Part shown: positions 52,015-64,000 of the stretch, piece after piece
Numbering within the stretch: the first letter of the stretch is position 1
Layout of the letters: each line of letters opens with the position of its first letter
Notes under the pieces: model-generated
Told to the model about the DNA's origin: nothing
Databases searched by the model: none
Seen by the model: the letters and a program-made list of their open reading frames with translations, nothing else
Program-made: the position numbers and the translations under genes
DNA from: Macrostomum lignano
Taxonomy: Eukaryota
Assembly: GCA_002269645.1 (NCBI GenBank)
Contig: NIVC01000299.1
Coordinates: 248,001 to 312,000 of the forward strand
DNA length: 64,000 nt
Reading direction: 5' to 3'

Positions 52015-52061
52015 TCAGGACGGCCGGCTGCTGATGTTGCACACACTCGAGTAGCAGCAGG
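52015..52061 (-). CDS. Putative terminal exon (A)CCYSSVCNISSRPS*, resembling the CC-x4-CN end of Ly6/uPAR three-finger domains
   Basis: Strong acceptor ctgtcctcttcgccag|cc, phase 1. Upstream exons were not identified. Confidence 0.3.
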
Positions 52062-52077
52062 CTGGCGAAGAGGACAG

Positions 52078-52078
52078 A

Positions 52079-52135
<57 letters not shown>

Positions 52136-52790
52136 AAGACACTAAGACAGAAAGACACTAAGACACTAAGACACTAAGACACTAAGACACTAAGACACTA
52201 AGACACTAAGAAACTAAGACACTAAGACACTAAGACAATAAGACACTATGACACTAAGACACTAAGACACTAAGACACTATGACACTAAGACACTAAGAC
52301 ACTAAGACACTAAGACACTAAGACACTAAGACACTAAGACACTAAGACACTAAGACAATAAGACACTAAGACACTAAGACACTATGACACTAAGACACTA
52401 TGACACTAAGACACTAAGACACTAAGACACTAAGACACTAAGACACTAAGACACTAAGACACTAAGACACTAAGACACTAAGACACTAAGACAGTAAGAC
52501 ACTAAGACACTAAGACACTAAGACAATAAGACACTAAGACACTAAGACACTATGACACTAAGACACTAAAACACTAAGACACTAAGACAATAAGACACTA
52601 AGACACTAAGACACTAAGACACTAAGACACTAAGACACTAAGACACTAAGACACTAAGACACTAAGACACTAAGACACTAAGACACTAAGACACTAAGAC
52701 GCTAAGACACTAAGACACTAAGACACTAAGACACTAAGACACTAAGACACTAAGACACTAAGACACTAAGACAATAAGACACTAAGACAC
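52078..52790. repeat. (GACA)n followed by 8-bp (gacactaa)n
   Basis: Direct observation. Confidence 0.97.
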
Positions 52791-53384
52791 TGTGAGAGAG
52801 GGTGTCATTGCAGAGAGGTTTTTTAAAAAGGATTCAAAGACAAAGGTTTCTGTGATTCAAAACATTAATCAAACTCGCGTCGCGACCTCGGCATCTGTTA
52901 TGACACCAGCAGGAGCTGCAGTGGTAGCGCACTGAAGTGCAGAATGTTGCACTTTCATTGCACCAACCAACCAGAAATTGTTTAGTTAAGAACAAGCAGG
53001 TGCTCCAGCACCGTCAGCAAGTGCTGCAGAAATTGAAGTAGGAGTCGGTGGGGCTCGTGAAATATGAGGGCTAGCAAACATTCCCAATCTCCATCTGCCA
53101 CAAATGACACTACCTGAGAGCTTCAGCTGCTTTCCTTGGCTGCTGCAGAACCGAACAAACTCTAAGAAGTGTTGACAGGGCAAACAGACAGACGATGCCA
53201 ACCCGTTTTACATTTTTTGGTAGTGGAAATTTTTTAACGTTTCTACTTAGCATAATGCACTACTGAAAGTAGATAAGTTTGCATTTGTCACGTTTAAAAT
53301 CGTTTGAATGATGCTCGTAGATCATCAGCTACGAGATGCTCGTAGCTGAAGTTAAATCTAAGGGGATGGAGAATGAGAACTTTA

Positions 53385-54002
53385 GGGTAGACAGCGGATC
53401 GTCAGGGTAGACAGCGGATCGTCAGCGTAGACAGCGGATTGTCAGGGTAGACAGCAGATCGTCAGGGTAGATAGCGGATTGTCAGGGTAGACAGCGGATT
53501 GTCAGGGTAGACAGCGGATCGTCAGGGTAGACGGCGGATTGTCAGGGTAGACAGCAGATCGTCAGGGTAGACAGCGGATCGTCAGGGTAGACAGCGGATC
53601 GTCAGGGTAGATAGCGGATTGTCAGGGTAGACAGCGGATCGTCAGGGTAGACGGCGGATTGTCAGGGTAGACAGCAGATCGTCAGGGTAGACAGCGGATC
53701 GTCAGGGTAGACAGCGGATCGTCAGGGTAGATAGCGGATTGTCAGGGTAGACAGCGGATCGTCAGGGTAGACGGCGGATTGTCAGGGTAGACAGCAGATC
53801 GTCAGGGTAGACAGCAGATTGTCAGGGTAGACAGCGGATCGTCAGGGTAGACAGCGGATCGTCAGGGTAGACAGCGGATCGTCAGGGTAGACGGCGGATT
53901 GTCAGGGTAGACAGCAGATCGTCAGGGTAGACGGCGGATTGTCAGGGTAGACAGCAGATCGTCAGGGTAGACAGCAGATTGTCAGGGTAGACAGCAGATT
54001 GT
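53385..54002. repeat. 20-bp minisatellite (gtcagggtagacagcggatc)
   Basis: About 31 copies. Confidence 0.97.
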
Positions 54003-54532
54003 CTGTCTCACCTGGTTCTTACCTGGTTCCTGGTTCTTCATCTGTAACCAGGAAAATTAGAAAACCGAAAAGATACCCCATTCAAAACTGTTTGCAGATT
54101 TTAAGTACAATTGGTGGCTTTGAGAGTCACAATAAAATAAAATAAAAATACTTAAATATTTTAGCCATGAAAGTAAAAAATTCTTTTTTCATTGCATTAA
54201 AAACAGTCTTTGCACTCAAAAAATCACGTAAAGGTGAAATATTCAGAAAATGCCACTTGAAATATTAGTGTTAAAATATGTATTAATAAATTTTGAGTTT
54301 TTGTTACTTTTTAATTATTTTTAGATTGCAATGAATAAGCGATTTTCCTAAAACTAATAATTGACGAAAATCAGGCGTTTAGAGAATAATGATAATGATA
54401 ATAATGTACACACACATAATCACACATGCATGTACACATTCTACGCATAACATATTCGTAATTTCTGCTACTACTGCCAATGCATTGAAAGCTTTTGTCA
54501 GCAATCTTTACTGGCAATACAGTCTGCATGGC

Positions 54533-54570
<38 letters not shown>

Positions 54571-55264
54571 GTAAACTGAAACTTGATCCGCGGCCTCAAT
54601 CTCCTTGTTGCAAACACTCCGGATATACAGCATATCGATTGAGGCTAATGTGAGACAGACCTTAGCAAGCGATTGCGCATGCGGGCTGCTTGGTCATTTC
54701 CTCTCACAACCAGACCGGAAAGGCAGGACTGATTGAGAAGTCGATTTATTATTAATCAATCATAATTTTGCTCTCAACTCTCTGAGAAGATTTTCTCTTC
54801 AAGTCGTTCCTGTACTTCTACACGGTTCGGCCAGGCTGCTCAGCTGACCTGCGTTCAAGCCTGCAACTTTTGGCACGCGATCGGTCGCTCCACCTGTCAG
54901 TAATTGATGGAGACAAGCAAGCAGCGGATTCCCTCTCCGCTCTGCAGCGTCCGTCAGCCTCAGCGCTTGCGTGTGGGGGAGCCTACGGGGTCTTCACTGT
55001 TCCAGCGTTCGGTGCTGCCTTCAGGCCTCACATCAATTGCTGGGGAGGCTGCACGACTAAATGCAGCTGCCTAGCAACCAGCTGCTGTAGGCAAACTCTC
55101 GCCATTGGATTTCTGCAGATGCAAATGCATGCGCTGTGCCGCGGGAGGGGGGCTGAGCGCCACGATCCCTGGCTCGAATACGTGCGAATTCGTTTTTGAG
55201 GCTGGTGTGCCCGAAAATTGGCTCAGGGGGTTGTGGTTCACAGCCATGAGGACCAGCCTCCAAG

Positions 55265-55812
55265 GCAGAGTGACAGAGTGACAGCGTAACAGTGACAGAG
55301 TGATAATGTAACAGTGACAGAGTGATAGTGTGACAGTGACAGAGTGATAGCGTAACAGTGTCAGAGTGACAGAGTGACACAGTGACAGAGTGACAGAGTG
55401 ATAGCGTAACGTGTCAGAGTGACAGAGTGACAGAGTGACACAGTGACAGAGTGACAGAGTGACAGAGTAACAGAGTGACAGAGTAAAGCTGTGACAGTAA
55501 CAGAGTGACAGAGTAACACAGTGGCAGAGTGGCAGAGAGATAGACTGACAGAGTGACAGGGACAAAATGACAGAGTGACAGAGTGATAGTGTGACAGGGT
55601 GACTGACTGACAGAGTAAAAATGTTACAGAATGACAAAGTGATGGTGTGACACTGACAGAGTGAAGCTGTGATAGAGTGAAAGAGTGACAGAGTAACAGA
55701 GTGACAGAGTAAAGCTGTGACAGAGTGACAGAGGGATAGAGTGACAGAGTGACAGAGTGACAGAGTGACAGAGTGACAGAGTGACAGAGTGACAGAGTGA
55801 CAGAGTGACAGA
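55265..55812. repeat. 8-bp degenerate repeat (gacagagt)
   Basis: Direct observation. Confidence 0.9.
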
Positions 55813-56595
55813 GGTCGCTGCCTCAGTGAAGTGAAGAAGTCCCGAGCCCCAGTGAAGAGCCCGATGAATCAGAGGAGGTGAGAGGCTCAGAGTCTCAGTC
55901 TCAGCATCCCGAGTCCTGTTTGCTCAGCGGTCTGCAATCACAAAAGCCTCAACTCGCCGCGGGATGAGGCAGAAGAGCGGTGAGTTGGAGAGGGGGAGAA
56001 CTTGCGCTAAGGAGACTCCGAGCGAGCCCGAGTGCGCAGCCGAGGAGGCGGGGCTTGTAAAAGAGGAAAGCAAGAAAAAGCGAGGCAGAGGATGAAAGCA
56101 GGTGGAACGAGTCGCATGCACCTGCGGCCGAGGCTGGACGGGAGAATTATCCCCACAGCCTCGATGGGAAACCGATCTGCCTACTTCGCTTTGCCTTCCG
56201 CATTCGTGGGGCCGGGAAGGAGGGCGATAGGGAGGGGAGAGCCGTGACCGACCGGCCTGGGGACCTCGGACGGTTCGGGTGGCATTCGAATCCCACTGCT
56301 GGGGGGATGAAGCATTCTCTCTCGAGTCTCCAAGGCCCGACTTTCTGTCGCTTTTTTCTTTCGATGCGTCGCCGCGGTTTCCCACCCTCACCCCCCCCCC
56401 TGACCGGCCGGCGCCCCGCTGGCTGCCTATTTACCTGGGATTTTGCGAGGGGGGGTTAATCCGGGCAAATTGGATGAAAATGGCTCAATTAATTTCGGCA
56501 TTTCACCGGGCAGATCGGGGGAGAAAACCATTCGGAATTCATCGGCTAAATCGAGCGATGAAGACAAAAGTCCTTGTGGGCCGAAACCAGAGAGA

Positions 56596-58440
<1,845 letters not shown>

Positions 58441-58869
58441 AGCTGGCCAGTCGTGTGCAGACGGGCTGCACAAGTTTGGCAAATCAATGGAAAGATGAAG
58501 CAAGTCGCAGAGAGTGAATGAGTTCATGGAAAACTAGTTATTCTACAATTTGATGCAGCGCAGAGGCTGCGTGCCCGAGATAGAAGGGATTGGGGATCTC
58601 GGACAGGGTGGGGGCAGGGGAGCCGAGCAGTCCCGGCCAACTGGCTCGCGGGGGCGATTTTCGCACGGGTCGCTCTGAGTGGCGGGCGCGAGTGGCCGCA
58701 TGCAGTGTGAATTAAAGCTTTGGAGGGCCGGCCAGTCACCCAGCCAGCTCCGGCGATTCCCTTCAGTCCTGCCCTGCTGGCCAAGGTGAGTCAAGGTGAG
58801 CGCCTGATTTTGAATTCCTGCAGTAGTGCGTTACATTTCCTTTCATTTGTGGCTGCTGGAGTGGCAATT

Positions 58870-59585
58870 TGGAGAGGGAGGGGGAGAGAGAGAGGTAGAC
58901 TTAGAGGGAGAGGGAGAGTGAGAGAGAGGTAGACTTAGAGGGAGAGGGAGAGTGAGAGAGAGGTAGACTTAGAGGGAGAGTGAGAGTGAGAGAGAGAGAT
59001 AGACTTAGAGGGAGAGGGAGAGTGAGAGTGAGAGAGAGAGATAGACTTAGAGGGAGAGTGAGAGTGAGAGAGAATGAGAATGAGAGAGAGGGGAGGGGAA
59101 GAGAGAGTGAGAGTGAGAGTGAGAGAGTGTGTGTGTGAGAATGAGAATGAGAAATGGAGTGAGATTGAGAGTGAGAGCGAGAGTGAAAGAGAGGGAGAGC
59201 GAGAGTGAAAGAGAGGGAGAGCGAAAGTGAAAGTCAGAGTGAGAGTGAGAGAGGGAGGGACGCGAGAGAGAGGGAGAGTGAGACGGAGGCTCCAGAGAGA
59301 GGGAGAGGGAGAGTGAGACGGAGGCTCCAGAGAGAGGGAGAGGGAGAGTGAGACGGAGGCTCCAGAGAGAAAGAGAGGGAGAGTGAGACGGAGGCTCCAG
59401 AGAGAAAGAGAGGGAGAGTGAGACGGAGGCTCCAGAGAGAAAGAGAGGGAGAGTGAGACGGAGGCTCCAGAGAGAAAGAGAGGGAGAGTGAGACGGAGGC
59501 TCCAGAGAGAGGGAGAGGGAGAGTGAGACGGAGGCTCCAGAGAGGGGGAGAGGGAGAGTGAGACGGAGGTTCCAGACAGAGGGGG
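58870..59585. repeat. GA-rich repeats including a ~35-bp unit (gagtgagacggaggctccagagagaaagagaggga)
   Basis: Direct observation. Confidence 0.9.
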
Positions 59586-60224
59586 CAGAGAGAGAGTCCG
59601 ATAGAGCCAATGGGTCACTGTGAGAAGCAAGGATTGACTGACAGTCGGAGAAGCAGAAGGCAGGAAATGCAGCACAGAAAATGGGGATTTACAGACAGCC
59701 CAAGGAGCCCATGAGCGATTCAGCCGCCAGCCGTCAGTCAGTCTCAGGGACCGCTGAGATGCGGGATGTGAGGCTCAAAACGCTGTCCAGTTAGGCAGAA
59801 GTCGAGGGATTTCGCTGAGTCGCAAAGAGCTGCTCGGGCGACGGAGTGCGAAAAAACTTGCCAACTTAGGTCAGTAAAAGCAGTCGAGAGCCAAGAAGTC
59901 GACAAAGCCACTCGCTCGGATGCAGAAAGACACAGGAGGACAGACAGTAGCGAGCGAAAAGCAGAAATGTCAGAAGACAGAGAAACGCGGTCCTCGGCGC
60001 AGTCTTGGGAAGCCTATCAAATTGCCTTCTGAGCTCCCACCCGCATGCTCAAAAGCTCCTCATCCTTTGATGTCGAAGTGAAGCTGGGGGGTTAGTTGAG
60101 ACTCAAGGGAAGAAGAGTTCATGCGCTGTGGCGCCTTTGAACTTTGGCTGCGGGCCACCCTGGGACGGCTTTCCGGAGGAGCTGGGGGGAGAGAATGCAG
60201 AGTGGAGACGGGGGATGGGAGGGG

Positions 60225-60580
60225 GAAAAGAAGAAGGGTAGATAGAAGAGGGGGAGATAGAAGAGGGGAGATAGAAGAGGGGGAGATAGAAGAGGGGAGA
60301 TAGAAAATTGTCCCGGGATAGGAGAGGGAATTGGATACCCGTAGAAGACTTTTAAATGGGAGAGAGAGAGGGAGTAGGGGAGAGTGAGACGGGAGAGGGA
60401 GAGGGAGAGGGGAGAGTGAGACGGGAGAGGGAGAGGGGAGAGGGGAGAGGGAGAGGGAGAGGGAGAGGGAGAGGGGAGAGTGAGACGGGAGAGGGAGAGG
60501 GAGAGGGAGAGTGAGACGGGAGAGGGAGAGGGAGAGGGGAGAGTGAGACGGGAGAGGGAGAGGGAGAGGGAGAGGGAAAC
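60225..60580. repeat. Purine-rich (gggaga)n / gagtgagacgg tract
   Basis: Direct observation. Confidence 0.85.
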
Positions 60581-60864
60581 ATGATCGGAGAGAAAGACAG
60601 GAAAGGGGGGAGCCAAATACCAGATGATGAGGGATGAGAGGGGTGAGAAGGAGAGTGAGAGTTAGCAACCAAGTCAGAGGTTCAGACAGCCCAGAGAGGC
60701 CGCGGTTCCCACGCCCGCGATTCAGCCCTCAATCTCCGTACCTCATCTCCGGGAATGAATTGCCGAGTTGGACTCCCTCCAAGTCCTCTCTGGCCCCGCG
60801 GGCCAGACAGCATGCAATTATCCCCCGCTAATTCGGACAGCCACCCCCCTCCTCCTCCGCCAGG

Positions 60865-60919
60865 ATGCTGCGAAGCCTCATCTCGATCGGCCTGCTTCTC
60901 CTGCTGCTGGGCGCCCCAG
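60865..60919 (+). CDS. Signal-peptide exon of an unidentified secreted or membrane protein (MLRSLISIGLLLLLLGAP)
   Basis: Acceptor cctccgccag|gATG, textbook hydrophobic core, donor ccag|gtaagc (phase 1). Downstream exons were not identified with confidence. Confidence 0.55.
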
Positions 60920-61169
60920 GTAAGCAACCCGGACTTCGGGGCCAGTCGCTGCCGGAATCTGGCAATTTCTGGGACTCGAACTGCCGGCACCTCATCTCAT
61001 CTATCCATCTTCCCCTCCGATCCTGATGACAGAGCGGCTTGCTTTTTTGCCTTCTTTTGCATGCAGTGCTTCTTTTGCCATTTCTGGTTGCTTCGTGTAC
61101 CTGTAAATTCTTGTCTCACATGGCATTCAAATAGCATAATCTCCCTGCTTTGGTCCTATCTATCCCCAG

Positions 61170-61680
61170 TCTCATTCATCTATCCTCAGTCTCACTTCAC
61201 CTATCCCTAATCTCACTTCACCTATCCCTAATCTCACTTCATCTATCCCTAATCTCACTTCACCTATCCCTAATCTCACTTAATCTATCCCTGATCTCAC
61301 TTAATCTATCCCTGATCTCACTTTATCTATCCCTGATCTCACTTCATCTATCCCTGATCTCACTTCATCTATCCCTGATCTCACTTCATCTATCCCTGGT
61401 CTCACTTCATCTATCCCTGGTCTCACTTCATCTATCCCCAATCTCACTTCATCTACCCCTGATCTCACTTCATCTATCCCCAATCTCACTTCATCTATCC
61501 CTGATCTCACTTCATCTATCCCCAATCTCACTTCATCTATCCCCAATCTCACTTCATCTATCCCTGATCTCACTTCATCTATCCCCAATCTCACTTCATC
61601 TATCCCTGATCTCACTTCATCTATCCCCAATCTCACTTCATCTATCCCCAATCTCACTTCATCTATCCCTGATCTCACTC
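61170..61680. repeat. 21-bp minisatellite (ctcacttcatctatccctgat)
   Basis: About 24 copies. Confidence 0.95.
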
Positions 61681-62402
61681 TCCAAATTTCCCCTTCCCCG
61701 CACAGAAAGGCGTCCAGAATCCCGTCAGCCCGCATGACCGCAGCCTCCTGAATTATTGACTCCGCATCCCGGAGCCGGAGTCAGTTGCCCGCTTCCGCAT
61801 GCAACACCCAATCCAGCCAAGTCAATGACACTCAAAACAGCCCATTGCCTCAGTGCAAACTGGGAATAAATGCTTGTGGGTTTATCCTATGCCTAGCAGT
61901 GATCGTGGAAGCTATCTTTAAAAATTCCCCAGTTTGGGGAGTTTCCCCCCCCCCCCAGCTTCTCCCTCATCACGCGGCCCCGCAGTCTCCAGCGCAACGA
62001 GAGCTCTGTCACTTTCTCGGATGAAGAGAGGCCTCCCAGCCTCACCCGCTGTCCCTCCCCTCCGATGAGCGAAGCTGCAGTTTTCCCTCTGTTAAGTCGC
62101 AGCCTCTCCAAGCGGCTTCTTCATCAGGGGGAGGCAGCTGGGGCAGCGGAGCGGAGCCAACCCGGCGGTGAAATCGGATTAAAAATAAGCAAATTGAGTG
62201 GGCGACTGCCCCCCCCCAGCCTCACGGGTAGGTAGCGGCTGAAACTCGCCTCATAATTCCACCGTCCCACCCCCTGCCACCAGGCTTGCAGTGCAACTTC
62301 AAATCGATGCCCGTCTTGCTTTGCCCCGGGCTCCCACAGCTGCTCTTCTCAAACTTATATTTCAGCTAACATTCCTGCCCGCCAACTCCCACAGTCGACC
62401 CC

Positions 62403-63075
62403 TCCAGTCTACTCTTCCAGTCTACTCCTCCAGTCTACTCTTCCAGTCTACTCCTCCAGTCTACTCTTCCAGTCTACTCCTCCAGTCTACTCCTCCAGTC
62501 TACTCCTCCAGTCTACTCTTCCAGTCTACTCCTCCAGTCTACTCCTCCAGTCTACTCCTCCAGTCTACTCCTCCAGTCTACTCTTCCAGTCTACTCCTCC
62601 AGTCTACTCCTCCAGTCTACTCCTCCAGTCTACTCCTCCAGTCTACTCCTCCAGTCTACTCCTCAAGTCTACTCCTCCAGTCTACTCCTCCAGTCTACTC
62701 CTCAAGTCTACTCCTCCAGTCTACTCCTCCAGTCTACTCCTCCAGTCTACTCCTCCAGTCTACTCCTCCAGTCTACTCCTCCAGTCTACTCCTCCAGTCT
62801 ACTCCTCCAATCTACTCTTCCAGTCTACTCCTCCAGTCTACTCCTCCAGTCTACTCCTCCAGTCTACTCCTCCAGTCTACTCCTCCAATCTACTCTTCCA
62901 GTCTACTCCTCCAGTCTACTCCTCCAGTCTACTCCTCCAGTCTACTCCTCCAGTCTACTTCTCCCAGTCTACTCCTCCAGTCTACTTCTCTAGTCTACTT
63001 CTCTAGTCCACTTCTCTAGTCTACTTCTGTAGTCCACTTCTCGATCTCTAGTCTACTTCCCCAGTCTACTTCTCC
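62403..63075. repeat. 13-bp minisatellite (ccagtctactcct)
   Basis: Direct observation. Confidence 0.95.
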
Positions 63076-64000
63076 CGTTTGCATTAGCCTAGGTCTCCTA
63101 TTCGCAATTCTCACTCTGACAAGCTGAGCACAGAATCACTGATGCTTCTATCTTCTCAAATTCTAGCACAGCCGTCCCCTAATTCTCTTCCTCCCGCGTC
63201 TCCAGCGTCTCAGCTTGTCAAACTTTTTATCAAAATTACCAAACAAGACAGAGGCAATGACGGCATCAAGCCTGTCAATATATCCTCCCCATTTTGGGAA
63301 AATTATCCCACGGATAACAATAGGGGAGAAAACGTTCTGGTTGCTAAAATTAGCTCGCCTCCGACCTGATGCTTTTTGAAACTTATTGGCATTGACCTGC
63401 GTACTTGAAGCTCTACTAAAAGTAGAAAGTTAGAAATTTTATCTACAAATTTAGTATGTTCCCAGAAAATTGAGCATTGAAGTGAATTTCTTTCTCGCTT
63501 CAATCAGACTCGGTGGCTGCAGCAGGCGCCATCCATCAAGCACTGTTTAACTGCTTATGCAGCATCGGCTGCGGATCTCCAGTTTATGGATTTATTGTGC
63601 ATGCACTGGGGAGCAGAGATGCGGAAGCTGAGGGGGCAGCGGAGGGCAATCCGGACTCGGGGATTAATCAGACAGACAAACAGGCCAGAGCTGCAGTGCG
63701 AACATTCCCAAGAGCAAATATGAGCAGTGCAAGCATGCGTATTGATTACCGATAGGCTTGGTGGACCCCCCGGCCTCCTCCAGCTGTTGCCCCCAGCCCA
63801 AGCCTAATCCCCACGGGGGTGGGAGAAAAGTCCAGGCAGGCAGTTTCAAATCCCGCAAAATTTGCCTTGCAACCGCGGGCTCAACATCCTCAGCTCTGCC
63901 CAGTCTCTCCGCTTACTCACAGCTCCTCTCCTCAGGTGCGCTGAGGCGGGCAGCGATGGGGATGGAAAATGCCGCGAAAGAGAAGCACAGAAGAAGTTCC

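Noticed and set aside
54011-54044. Minus-strand micro-exon (ttacag|atgaagaaccaggaaccag|gtaag)
   Set aside because: Splice-like signals are present, but it is embedded in a short accagg repeat and no neighbouring exons could be linked.

Overview
Eukaryotic genomic DNA with GC-rich exons and long introns filled with micro- and minisatellites. The pattern and gene content suggest a free-living flatworm such as Macrostomum (inference, not verified). Most long ORFs in the supplied track are artefacts of simple repeats; the real genes had to be rebuilt by hand from GT-AG junctions. Supported genes: (1) an intronless LSm3 gene (4366-4686, +); (2) a 15-exon secreted protein of about 1,625 aa (5530-33680, +) with signal peptide, three vWA domains, several Cys-rich repeat types, a TIL domain, a SEA-like domain and an Arg/Ala-rich basic tail, with all 14 introns phase-compatible; (3) a PRXamide/pyrokinin-like neuropeptide precursor with 11 SPRL-G peptides (37299-37838, -); (4) a tandem pair of insulin-like peptide genes absent from the ORF track: an intact 3-exon 8-cysteine ILP (44697-45336, -) and a downstream copy (41257-43199, -) that lacks an obvious signal exon and has a damaged A-chain; (5) a few orphan exons, including a signal-peptide exon at 60865. 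Mobile DNA includes two tRNA-derived SINE copies with target-site duplications, several TIR/MITE elements, and a 672-bp higher-order satellite. No CRISPR array, rRNA or functional tRNA was seen.
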